Source: an uncultured Thermomicrobiales bacterium
GTDB lineage: Bacteria; Chloroflexota; Chloroflexia; Thermomicrobiales; UBA6265
DNA length: 59,186 nucleotides
Direction: 5' to 3'
Assembly (NCBI GenBank): GCA_902806325.1
Contig: CADCWE010000225.1
Span: forward strand, 1-59,186
Shown: piece by piece, positions 19,732 through 30,184 of the stretch
How the letters are laid out: the number at the start of each line of letters is the position of its first letter
Position numbering within the stretch: position 1 is the first letter of the stretch
The notes under the pieces: generated by a model
Database searches by the model: none
Told to the model about the DNA's origin: nothing
Seen by the model: only the letters and a program-made list of their open reading frames with translations
Position numbers and translations under genes: made by a program

Positions 19732-19806
19732 CGGGGGATCCTTTCCGAACGGCCAACCGGGCGACCGGGGCGTACACCATCGTCCGATCGCCGCCCCGGC
19801 AAGCGG

Positions 19807-19815
19807 AGTCTAGCA
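19807..19815 (-). promoter_or_regulatory. candidate extended -10 (TGCTAGACT) for the lprG-like/MFS operon
   Basis: The minus strand reads tgctagact, about 70 nt upstream of the ATG at 19731. Confidence 0.3.
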
Positions 19816-19885
19816 TCGCCGGAAGCCGTGTCCGAACTGCGACGGAACAGGGACCAACCGGCTTTTGTGCCACGTCCCTATCCCG

Positions 19886-19894
19886 TGCTATGAT
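19886..19894 (+). promoter_or_regulatory. candidate extended -10 (TGCTATGAT) for the PP2C gene
   Basis: TGn-TATGAT, with TTGTGC 18 nt upstream. It lies about 100 nt before the start codon. Confidence 0.35.
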
Positions 19895-19997
19895 CGGACG
19901 CCTTCGGGAGCGGTCGGACCACGCGTGATCACCCGTCGGGAAACCGGCGCGTCATTTTGCGGCCGACGGCACGACAGCACGAAACGGGGCGCGGAGC

Positions 19998-20951
19998 GTG
20001 AAGGAGCCGGGCGGGGGAATGGGCGCGGGGGCGGTCGCGATCGCGGGCGACGAGCTGCGGATCGCGGTCGGGGCGGGCACGGATGTCGGCGGGCGCACCG
20101 AGAACGAGGATGCGGTCCTCGTCGAGACGCTGCCCCCGATCGGCGATCCGCTCGTCGGCGCGGAATCCGGTCACCTGCTGGCCGTCGCCGACGGCATGGG
20201 TGGCTATCAGCGCGGCGAGGTGGCCAGCCGGATCGCGATCGAAACGATCCGCCGGACGTTTGCCGAAGACCCCGGCGCCGACCACGCCCCCCTCCTGAAA
20301 CAGGCCTACCGGCAGGCCAACCGCGCCATCTACGAGAACGGGCGGGGATCCGGCGGCAACGACGGGATGATGGGCACCACGCTCGTCGTTGCCACCACCC
20401 GCGGCAAGTACCTGACCATCGCCAACATTGGCGACAGTCGCGCCTACCTGGTCCGCGCCAACCGCCTGCAGCAGGTGACGCGGGACCACTCCCTGGTCGC
20501 CGAGCAGGTCAGCCAAGGGTCGCTCTCGGCCGCGGAGGCCCGCGAAAGCCCACATCGCAACATCATCACCCAGGCGCTTGGTCACCGGGAGCGCCTCGAC
20601 GCGAAGATGCCCGACATCTTCGAGATCACCTTGCTCGCCGAGGACCGGTTGCTCCTCTGCAGCGATGGGTTCTATGACGTTGTCCCGGACGACGACCTGA
20701 TCGGCGTCTTGCTCGACCACGAGCCGGACGCGGCAGCCCGTCGCCTGATCGAGATGGCCGTCGAGCGCGGCACCACCGACAACGTCAGCGCGGTCGTGTT
20801 GAGCGTCCAACCCGTCCGGGTCCGGGAGCGGGAACTGGTCGGTGCCGGCGCGACGCCGGGCGGGCGTGGTTCGTTCCTGTTCCCGGCGCTCGCCCTCCTG
20901 GCGGCGATCGTCTTCATCGCCTTGGTCCTGCTCGCCTTGACGACCCTGTAG
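19998..20951 (+). CDS. PP2C-family Ser/Thr phosphatase with a C-terminal TM anchor (PstP-like)
   Basis: GRTENEDA, ADGMGG and DGFYD motifs, with the hydrophobic tail FLFPALALLAAIVFIALVLLAL. The ATG at 20019 is an alternative start. Confidence 0.88.
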   Translation: MKEPGGGMGAGAVAIAGDELRIAVGAGTDVGGRTENEDAVLVETLPPIGDPLVGAESGHLLAVADGMGGYQRGEVASRIAIETIRRTFAEDPGADHAPLLKQAYRQANRAIYENGRGSGGNDGMMGTTLVVATTRGKYLTIANIGDSRAYLVRANRLQQVTRDHSLVAEQVSQGSLSAAEARESPHRNIITQALGHRERLDAKMPDIFEITLLAEDRLLLCSDGFYDVVPDDDLIGVLLDHEPDAAARRLIEMAVERGTTDNVSAVVLSVQPVRVRERELVGAGATPGGRGSFLFPALALLAAIVFIALVLLALTTL

Positions 20952-20960
20952 CGGCCGGCG

Positions 20961-21875
20961 GTGGAGATGACCGCCGTTGCCCCGCCCTCGCTCTCGTTAC
21001 CACGCCCGCGCGCGGTCGTGGACGCCCACACCCACGTCTTCCCGGCCGAGGTCGTTGCCGGCCGGGCCGCGTTTTGCGACCGCGACGCGTGGTTCGGGCG
21101 GCTCTACTCCAATCCGGTCGCGGCCTTGATCGGCGCCGCCGAACTCACCCAGAGTATGGCGGTGGCCGGGATCGGGCAGGCGGTCGTCTGCGGCTTTCCA
21201 TGGGCCGATCTCGGTCTTTGCCGCGCCCACAACGACGAGATGGCGGCGGCCGTCCGGGGCAGCGGTGGCCGCTTGTCGTGGCTCGGCGTCGTCCCGCCGG
21301 GATCGGGTGTGGCGGCGGCCCAAGAAGCCGACCGCTGTTTCCGCCTCGGCGCGGTCGGGTTGGGAGAACTCAACGCCGACGCCCAAGTGTTCGGCCTCGA
21401 CCACCCGACGGCCGTGGCGCCGGTGGTGGAGGTCTGCCTCGCCGTCGACCGGCCGCTCCTGCTCCACGCCTCGGAACCGGTCGGTCATGCCTACCCCGGC
21501 AAGGGCACGGCGACCCCGGACCGCTTGCTCCGCTTCCTGGCCGCGTTCCCGGCGTTGCGGGTCGTGCTCGCCCACTGGGGCGGCGGGCTCCCGTTCTACG
21601 AGCTCATGCCGGAAGTGGCGACCGTCGCGGCCAACACCGTCTACGACACCGCCGCTTCCACCTACCTCTACCGCTTCGCGATCTACCGCGCCGTGCTCGA
21701 CGTGATCGGCGCCGATCGGGTGCTGTTCGGGAGCGACTTTCCGGTGCTGCGGCAGGACCGATTCCTCCGCCGCTCGCTGGCGTCCGGCGTCCGCGCCGGC
21801 GAAACGGACGCGGTCTTCGGCGCCAACGCCCGCCGCGTTTACGGCCTGCCCGAACCCGGAGGAGGAACGCCGTGA
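20961..21875 (+). CDS. amidohydrolase-2 (TIM-barrel metal-dependent hydrolase) family protein
   Basis: VVDAHTHVF..., HWGGG and GSDFPV signatures of the ACMSD-like amidohydrolase family. Confidence 0.8.
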   Translation: MEMTAVAPPSLSLPRPRAVVDAHTHVFPAEVVAGRAAFCDRDAWFGRLYSNPVAALIGAAELTQSMAVAGIGQAVVCGFPWADLGLCRAHNDEMAAAVRGSGGRLSWLGVVPPGSGVAAAQEADRCFRLGAVGLGELNADAQVFGLDHPTAVAPVVEVCLAVDRPLLLHASEPVGHAYPGKGTATPDRLLRFLAAFPALRVVLAHWGGGLPFYELMPEVATVAANTVYDTAASTYLYRFAIYRAVLDVIGADRVLFGSDFPVLRQDRFLRRSLASGVRAGETDAVFGANARRVYGLPEPGGGTP

Positions 21876-22459
21876 TCGCCGGACTCAAGGGCAGGGTCGA
21901 AGCGAAACTGGCCGACGCGTTACTGGTCGATGTCGCCGGTGTCGTCTACCGCGTCGGCACCAGCGCGACGACCTTGGCCGAAGTGGGCGAGTCCGGCGAA
22001 CCGGTCCGCCTTCTGACCCACCTCTTCGTCCGCGAGGATCAACTCACCCTCTACGGCTTCGCCCACCCGGACGAGTTGCGCTTGTTCGAGATCCTGATCG
22101 GCGTCACCGGCGTCGGTCCGCGCCTGGCCTGCGCGATTCTGTCCCACTTCCCGACCGACGTGCTCTACGATGCCCTGGCCCAGGAGAACATCGACTTCCT
22201 CGCGACCGTGCCCGGTGTCGGCAAGAAAACCGCCGCCCGCCTGATCCTGGAGCTGCGCGGGAAGGTCCCGACCGGACCCCGCACCGCCCCCGGCGCCACG
22301 CCCGCCAGCCGCGACGACAACGACGTGGTCGCCGCCCTGCGCGCCCTCGGCTACACCGTCGCCGAAGCCCACGGCGCCGCGATGCGGTCGGAGGTGGCCG
22401 CGGACGCCACGCTGGAGAACAAGGTGCTGGCGGCACTGCGGGTGTTGAGCGAGGGGTAA
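21872..22459 (+). CDS. ruvA: Holliday junction branch migration complex subunit RuvA
   Basis: VIAGLKGRV..LFVREDQLTLYGF..GVGPRLA..VPGVGKKTAARLILEL. The GTG overlaps the amidohydrolase stop (GTGA). Confidence 0.92.
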   Translation: MIAGLKGRVEAKLADALLVDVAGVVYRVGTSATTLAEVGESGEPVRLLTHLFVREDQLTLYGFAHPDELRLFEILIGVTGVGPRLACAILSHFPTDVLYDALAQENIDFLATVPGVGKKTAARLILELRGKVPTGPRTAPGATPASRDDNDVVAALRALGYTVAEAHGAAMRSEVAADATLENKVLAALRVLSEG

Positions 22460-22484
22460 TCGGCGTCGGCACGTCCGACCGCCC

Positions 22485-23849
22485 CTACACCGCCGTTTCC
22501 CCCGTCGCCGGTCTGCCCTTCGCCAGCCGCCGCTCGATCGCCGCCGCGTGCCCGCCGAGCCCTTCGGCGTGCGCCAGGGCGATTGTGGCCGGACCCAGCC
22601 GGCGCAGCGCGGCCTCGTTCGCCGCCGCCAAGGAGATCACCTTGGTGAAATCGCCGACGTGGATCGGGGATGAGAAGCGGGCCGTGCCTCCGGTCGGCAT
22701 GACGTGGCTCGGTCCGGCGGTGTAGTCGCCCAGCGCTTCCGGGCTGTGCTCGCCGACGAAGACGCCGGCCGCGTGCTTGACCAGCGGCACCGCCCGCCAC
22801 GGATCGCGCAGGAGCAGGCACAGGTGCTCCGGGGCGTAGGCGTTGGCCAGGCCCATCGCCGTGGACAGGTCCGGAGCGACCACGATCAATCCGTTCGCGG
22901 CCAGGGCTTGGGCGGCGATTTCGCGCCGGTCCAGGGCGTCGAGCTGATCCCGGAGCGCCGTTAGGATGGGCGCGACCAGCCCCTCGTCAATGGTGACCAG
23001 GACCGCGCTCGCCATCGGGTCGTGCTCCGCCTGGGCCAGCATGTCCGCCGCGACCAGCGCCGGGTCGGCCGATCCATCCGCGACCAGCAGCGTTTCCGTC
23101 GGCCCCGGCAACTGATCGATCGCGACCACCCCGTAGACCCGCTGCTTCGCCAGGACGACGAAGATGTTCCCCGGCCCGAGGATCTTGTCGACGTGGGGGA
23201 TCGTCTCGGTGCCGAAGGCGAGGGCGCCGATGGCCTGCACGCCGCCGACCTGGAACAGCCGGTCCACCCCCGCGATCCTGGCCGCCGCCAGGGTCAACGG
23301 CGAGACCGCGCCGCCGCTCGGCGGGCTGCAGACGATGACGTCCTCGACCCCGGCCACCTTGGCCGGGACGGCGGTCATCAGGAGCGAGGACGGGTAGACC
23401 GCGGTGCCCCCCGGCGTGTAGATCCCGATCCGTTCCAACGGGCGCACGATCTGGCCGAGTGCCCCCTCGTCGGAGTAGTCGATCCACGACGTCCGAAGTT
23501 GCTTGCGGTGGAACGCCGCGATCTGGTCGGCGGCAAGCTCCATCGCGTCCCGGAGCGGCGGGTCGAGCCCCGCCAGCGCCGCGTCCCAGGCCGCCCGCGG
23601 GACCTCGATCGGGTCGGGACGGGCGCCGTCGAAGGCCTCGGTGTAGCGCAGGACGGCGGCGTCGCCGTCCGCGCGGACATCGGTGAGGATGCGATCCACC
23701 ACCGCCTCGGCCGAAAGATCGGCGCCGAAGACGCGCCGGACGCCTTCCCGCATCGGCGTCGAGAGTTGCGTTTCGGCGAAGCCGCGGCGGCGGGTGAGCG
23801 CCGCGCTCGCCTCGGCGAGGTCGGTGATAACGCTCAGGACGTTGGGCAT
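22485..23849 (-). CDS. hisD: histidinol dehydrogenase
   Basis: 454 aa with GGTAVYPSS, AGPSEV-like (PGPTETL), AQAEHD and HAEGL motifs. Confidence 0.95.
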   Translation of the reverse strand: MPNVLSVITDLAEASAALTRRRGFAETQLSTPMREGVRRVFGADLSAEAVVDRILTDVRADGDAAVLRYTEAFDGARPDPIEVPRAAWDAALAGLDPPLRDAMELAADQIAAFHRKQLRTSWIDYSDEGALGQIVRPLERIGIYTPGGTAVYPSSLLMTAVPAKVAGVEDVIVCSPPSGGAVSPLTLAAARIAGVDRLFQVGGVQAIGALAFGTETIPHVDKILGPGNIFVVLAKQRVYGVVAIDQLPGPTETLLVADGSADPALVAADMLAQAEHDPMASAVLVTIDEGLVAPILTALRDQLDALDRREIAAQALAANGLIVVAPDLSTAMGLANAYAPEHLCLLLRDPWRAVPLVKHAAGVFVGEHSPEALGDYTAGPSHVMPTGGTARFSSPIHVGDFTKVISLAAANEAALRRLGPATIALAHAEGLGGHAAAIERRLAKGRPATGETAV

Positions 23850-23878
23850 GGACGGGAGTTCCCCCTAAACGATTCCCG

Positions 23879-23974
23879 TCATGCCAACCGAAGCGAAGCA
23901 TCGCTCACCCACCCGCGACGTTGCCGATGAGGACGCTGCCGCGGCAGGAGATGCTTCGCCGCGCTCGGCATGAC
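23879..23974. repeat. REP-like palindromic element between pheT and hisD
   Basis: gtcatgccaaccgaagcgaagcatc (23879-23903) against gatgcttcgccgcgctcggcatgac (23950-23974) forms inverted arms matching at 18 of 25 positions. An inner palindrome ctgccgcggcag is also present. Confidence 0.75.
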
Positions 23975-24031
23975 GAGGCGGTGGGACCGATCGGGTGGTT
24001 GGCCGCTGCGGCGCGCCGCCGTTGTCGCCGC

Positions 24032-26482
24032 CTACCCGCGTAACGACCCGCCGACCCGCTGGGCCAGCGTCTTCTCGATCTTGCCACGGGTTTTGGTCAG
24101 CTCGGCGTCGGTCAGCGCGCGGTCGGGGGAGGCGAAGGTCAGCCGGAAGGTCAGGCTTTTCTTGTCGTCACCGATTTGCTCGCCGGCGAAGACGTCGAAC
24201 AGGGCGAGGTCGGTCAGCAACGGACCGGCCGCCTGCCGCAGCGCCCGTTCCACCTCCGCGGCCGGCGTCTGCTTGGCGACGACGACGGCGAAGTCCTGGC
24301 TGACCGGGAGGAACTTCGGCACCCGGACTTCGACCGGGGACCGATCGCCGCCCAGGGCCAGCAGCGCGTCGAGGTCCAACTCGGCGACGGCGACTCGGCC
24401 GTTCTCGATGCCGAAACCGGCCGCCACGCGCGGGTGCAGTTCGCCGAGGACACCGACTCGAGTCTGGCCAACGCAAGCTTCGGCGGCGCGGCCGGGGTGC
24501 AGCGCCCCGTGCGTGAACGGCCGGTATTCCACCTCCGGAGCACCCGCCGCCGCCAACGCCGCGTCCACCACTCCTTTGACGTCGAAGAAGTCGAGCGGGA
24601 GCGGGTCCGCGGCGAAGCGACTCAGCGGTTCGCGACGCCCGGACAGCGTGATGGCGGCGACGTTCGCCTCGCGTGGCAATGCGTCGGGTTCGGTCGGAAG
24701 GTAAACCCGCGCCAACTCGCAGAGGCGAACACTCGGCGCGTGCTTCAGGTTTTCGGCCACCCGTTCCAGCAGCGAAGGGATCAGGGTCGGGCGGAGGATC
24801 GGCCGGTCGCCCGGCATCGGGTTGACGAGACGGAGCAGATCCGCCGCCGGGGCATCCAGAACCAACCCGCGCCGGTCCCCGATGGAGTCGAACGGGGCCA
24901 GCATCGACTCGGAGACCGAGACGTAGGTGATCGCCTCGTAGCAGCCCGCGCCGACCAGGGCCGCGCGGACCCGGCGCTGGAGGAGGGCGATCGGATCCCG
25001 AAACACCGGCGGCGTCCGCCCCGCCGGCAAGGTGTCCGGCAACCCCTCGTAGCCGACGATCCGGGCCACTTCCTCGATCACGTCCTCGGCGATGGTGACG
25101 TCGGTGCGGTGGGTCGGCACCGTGACGATCACGTCGCCGCCCGCGCCGCCGGGCAACGCGACGCCAAAGCCGAGTCGTTCCAAGACCGAAACCACCTGCT
25201 CCGGAGGGTAGGCGATCCCGACGACCCGCTCGAAGCGGGAGAACGGGAACCGAACCGCCCACGGCACGACCGGCGACGGGTAGACGTCCCGCGCGGCCGT
25301 GACCCGGCTACCGGGGCAGAGATCGAGCAGCAGGTGGGTCGCCCGAGCGGCGGCGTCCGACGCCAAATTGGGGTCAAGGCCCCGCTCGAACCGGGCCGAG
25401 GCGTCGGTGCGGAGCTTCAGCAGGCGCGCCGTCCGCCGCACCGACGCCATGCCGAAGTTCGCCGATTCCAGCAGGACCGTCGTCGTCGCCGCGGACACCT
25501 CGCTGTCGACGCCGCCCATCACGCCGGCGACCGCGACCGCCCGCTCCGCGTCGGCGATGACCAGCATCTCGCCGTCCAGGCGCCGCTGCTGGTGGTCGAG
25601 CGTTTCGATGGGTTCGTCGTTTCCGGCGCGCCGGACCACGATCCGGCCGCCGCGCAGATTCGCCCGGTCGAAGGCGTGCAGGGGCTGGCCGAGTTCGAGC
25701 ATCACGTAGTTGGTGACGTCGACGACGTTGTTGATCGGCCGCAATCCGGCCGCGGTCAACCGCCGCGCCAGCCAGTCCGGCGACGGCGCGACGGTGATCC
25801 CTTCGATCACCACGGCCGCGTAGCGTGGGCAGAGGTCCGGCGCGTCGATCCGGACCAGGTCGCCGGCACCGGGCGGCGCGGCGTCCAGGTCGAACCGGGG
25901 CGGTTCGTCGAGGGGTTGGCCGGTCACCGCCGCCGCCTCACGGGCGATGCCGCGGACCGAGAAGGCGTGGACCAGGTTCGGGGTGATCTCGAACTCGACC
26001 ACGGTGTCGCCGAGCCAGTCCGCCAGTGGCACCCCTTCCGGCGCCCCCGGGTCGAGGACGAGGATGCCTTCGTGCTCGTCGGAGAGGCCCAACTCCTTCT
26101 CGGAGCAGACCATTCCCTCGGACTTGACGCCGCGCAGCATCCCCGGTTTGAGCGTCTTGAGTTGCGGCGTCTCGGAGTGGGTGTCCCAGAGCCGGGCGCC
26201 GGCCAAGGCGATCGCCACCTTTTGCCCGGCGGCGACGTTGGGCGCCCCGGTGACGACCGTTAGGCGGTGTTCCCCGGCCGAGACGTCGGCCAGCACCAAC
26301 CGGTCGGCGTTCGGGTGCGGTCGGACATCGTGGACGAAGCCGACGTAGACGTGGTCCCAGCCGGCGCCGGTGCGCTCGGTCTTCTCGGCTTCCAGTCCGG
26401 CCATCGTTAGGCGGTGCGCAAGTTCCTCCGGCGCCAGACGCGGATCGACGTAATCTCGGAGCCACTTGATCGGTACGCGCAT
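24032..26482 (-). CDS. pheT: phenylalanyl-tRNA synthetase beta subunit
   Basis: MRVPIKWLRDYV N-terminus with tRNA-binding, B3/4, B5 and FDX-ACB regions. ATG at 26482 lies within a longer artefactual ORF. Confidence 0.95.
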   Translation of the reverse strand: MRVPIKWLRDYVDPRLAPEELAHRLTMAGLEAEKTERTGAGWDHVYVGFVHDVRPHPNADRLVLADVSAGEHRLTVVTGAPNVAAGQKVAIALAGARLWDTHSETPQLKTLKPGMLRGVKSEGMVCSEKELGLSDEHEGILVLDPGAPEGVPLADWLGDTVVEFEITPNLVHAFSVRGIAREAAAVTGQPLDEPPRFDLDAAPPGAGDLVRIDAPDLCPRYAAVVIEGITVAPSPDWLARRLTAAGLRPINNVVDVTNYVMLELGQPLHAFDRANLRGGRIVVRRAGNDEPIETLDHQQRRLDGEMLVIADAERAVAVAGVMGGVDSEVSAATTTVLLESANFGMASVRRTARLLKLRTDASARFERGLDPNLASDAAARATHLLLDLCPGSRVTAARDVYPSPVVPWAVRFPFSRFERVVGIAYPPEQVVSVLERLGFGVALPGGAGGDVIVTVPTHRTDVTIAEDVIEEVARIVGYEGLPDTLPAGRTPPVFRDPIALLQRRVRAALVGAGCYEAITYVSVSESMLAPFDSIGDRRGLVLDAPAADLLRLVNPMPGDRPILRPTLIPSLLERVAENLKHAPSVRLCELARVYLPTEPDALPREANVAAITLSGRREPLSRFAADPLPLDFFDVKGVVDAALAAAGAPEVEYRPFTHGALHPGRAAEACVGQTRVGVLGELHPRVAAGFGIENGRVAVAELDLDALLALGGDRSPVEVRVPKFLPVSQDFAVVVAKQTPAAEVERALRQAAGPLLTDLALFDVFAGEQIGDDKKSLTFRLTFASPDRALTDAELTKTRGKIEKTLAQRVGGSLRG

Positions 26483-26517
26483 GGTCGTTCGGTCCCTCGC
26501 GAGTGCGGCAATGACGG

Positions 26518-27582
26518 TCAGGCAGCGAGACGGGCCATCCGGCGGAGGAACCGGAGGTCGTTGCCGGCGAAGGCGCGCACGTCGTCGACCCCGTACTTCA
26601 TCATGATCATCCGCTCGATCCCGAGGCCGAAGGCGAACCCGGTGTAGCGGTCGGGGTCGTAGCCGACGCCGCGCAGCACGCGGGGGTGGACCATCCCGGC
26701 GCCGCCCATCTCCAGCCACCCGGTCTGCTTGCAGACCCGGCAGCCCCCGCCGCCGCAGATCGCGCAGTCGACCGCGAAATCCACGCCCGGCTCGACGAAG
26801 GGGAAGAAGTCGCAGCGGAAGCGGACTTTTCGTTGCGGCCCGAAGAGCTGGCGCGCCAGTTCGGTCAGCACCCCCTTGAGGTCGGCGAGGGTGATCCGCT
26901 CGTCGACCGCCAAGCCTTCGAGTTGGTGGAACATCCACTCGTGGGAGGCGTCCTGGGCCTCGTACCGGTACGCCCGGCCGGGGACGATGACCCGCACCGG
27001 CGGCTCGGTCTGCTCCATCGTTCGCGCCTGCATCGGCGAGGTGTGGGTCCGGAGCACGATCTCCTCGCGCTCGGATTGGACGATCATCGTGTCCCAGACA
27101 TCGCGCGCCGGGTGATCGCTCGGGATGTTTAACAGGTCGAAGTTGTAGTGGCCGGTCTCGACCTCCGGCCCGTAGACGGTTTGGAACCCCATCAGGGCGA
27201 AGATCTCGCCCAGCTCCGCGACCATCCGGGTGACCGGGTGTTCCGCGCCGAGGATCGGCGCCCGGCCCGGCAGCGTGACGTCGATCGCATCGGCGGCCAA
27301 CTGGGCTTCCAGGGACACCGACGCCACCGCCTCGTTGCGGGCGGCGAAGGCGGCGGTCAGCTCTTGCTTGACGGCGTTCGCGGCCCGACCCGCCCCCGGT
27401 CGCTCGGCGGCGGAGAGCGCGCCAAGCCCCCGCAGCAGTCCCGTCAGTTCCCCCTTGGCGCCCAAATACGCCCGCTCCCAGGCGGCCATCGCCTCCGGGT
27501 CGTCCGCAACCGCGAGGGCGGCGAGGGCGCGGTCGCGGAGGTCGGCCAACGTGGTGTCGAACGTCGTGGTGGCGTTGGTCAT
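26518..27582 (-). CDS. pheS: phenylalanyl-tRNA synthetase alpha subunit
   Basis: 354 aa with HPVTR, NFDLLNIPSDHPARD and GFAFGLGIERM motifs. Confidence 0.95.
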   Translation of the reverse strand: MTNATTTFDTTLADLRDRALAALAVADDPEAMAAWERAYLGAKGELTGLLRGLGALSAAERPGAGRAANAVKQELTAAFAARNEAVASVSLEAQLAADAIDVTLPGRAPILGAEHPVTRMVAELGEIFALMGFQTVYGPEVETGHYNFDLLNIPSDHPARDVWDTMIVQSEREEIVLRTHTSPMQARTMEQTEPPVRVIVPGRAYRYEAQDASHEWMFHQLEGLAVDERITLADLKGVLTELARQLFGPQRKVRFRCDFFPFVEPGVDFAVDCAICGGGGCRVCKQTGWLEMGGAGMVHPRVLRGVGYDPDRYTGFAFGLGIERMIMMKYGVDDVRAFAGNDLRFLRRMARLAA

Positions 27583-27618
27583 CGCGGTTCGTCTCGCTTG
27601 GCGCGCCCTTCTCCGGGC

Positions 27619-29292
<1,674 letters not shown>

Positions 29293-30150
29293 AGCCTGTT
29301 AGGGACTTTGGGCGACGACGTTGACAAGTCGTTGCAGCATCAGACAGGCGAAGGCGAGGAACTGCAAGCCCGCGACGGTTTCCGGCAACCGCTCGGAGTC
29401 GCGCGCCAGCCGCCGGAAGCGGGCCGCCCAGGCGAACGAGCGCTCCACGACCCACCGCCGGGGCAGCAGGACGAAGCCGCGCTTGGCCTCCGGCGGCTTG
29501 GTCAAGTCCAACTCGGTGCCGGACGCGGCGGCGGCGGCTTCCGCCCGCTCGCCGGTGTAGCCCTCGTCGACAAAGGCGACCTCGACGCGCTCCCCGGTCG
29601 CTTCCTGCACGGCCTCGGCCAGGGCGGCGACCCGGTCGCGATCTCGGGCGCCCGCCGCCGTCACGCGCAGCGCGAGGAGGTTGCCGAGCGTGTCGACAGC
29701 CGCGTAGACCGCGCTGTCCTTCCGGCGCTTGGCCCCGTCGTACCCCGCTCGGCCGCCGCTTTCCGGGGGGTTTCGGACGGTGCGGCTGTCCAGGATCACC
29801 GCCGGTGGTTCGCCGGCGCGGCCTTCGCCTCAGCGCAGCACCACGCGCAGGTCCTCCACCGTCCTCGCGAAGCAACCACGGTCGATCCGGCGCCGCGCCT
29901 GCTCGTAGACGACGCGCCACGGCGGCAGGTCGTGGGGCATCATCCGCCAGGTCGCCCCGGCGTGGACGATCCAGTGGGCGCCGCCGAAGACCTCGCGCAG
30001 CAGGTAGGGCCGTTGCGGGGCGTCCGGCGTCATCGAGGTCAGGTACGGGGCGGCGAACGCCCACTCGTCGTCGGTCGCGTCGTTCGGGAGCGGCTTGCGG
30101 GAGCTGGGCGCGGTTTCTATCCCACAAGTCTAAAACGTTCCGAACAGGCT
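29293..30150 (-). mobile_element. IS5-family insertion sequence (858 bp), degenerate
   Basis: Terminal inverted repeats agcctgttagggactttg and agcctgttcggaacgttt (reverse complement) match at 15 of 18 positions. The flanks are CTAG (29289-29292) and CGAG (30151-30154), resembling a YTAR duplication with one mismatch. Confidence 0.8.
29299..30120 (-). pseudogene. IS5-family DDE transposase interrupted by an in-frame TGA and lacking a canonical start
   Basis: The N-part (..DDEWAFAAPYL..WRMMPHDLPPW..) and the DDE part ([30 protein letters not shown]) share one frame, separated by TGA (29830-29832). The frame opens at an ATA codon (30118-30120) after a TAG. Confidence 0.75.
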
Positions 30151-30184
30151 CGAGAGAACGATCCGGCGACCAGACCGCTCCCCG

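Noticed and set aside
29830-29832. The idea that TGA (and TAG) are recoded as sense codons in this organism, because three conserved genes contain in-frame stops.
   Set aside because: TGA terminates hisB, hisH, hisF, the amidohydrolase and other genes exactly where homologues end. TAG terminates eno, purA and thrS. Global reassignment is not compatible with this. Local pseudogenisation or sequence error is more likely.
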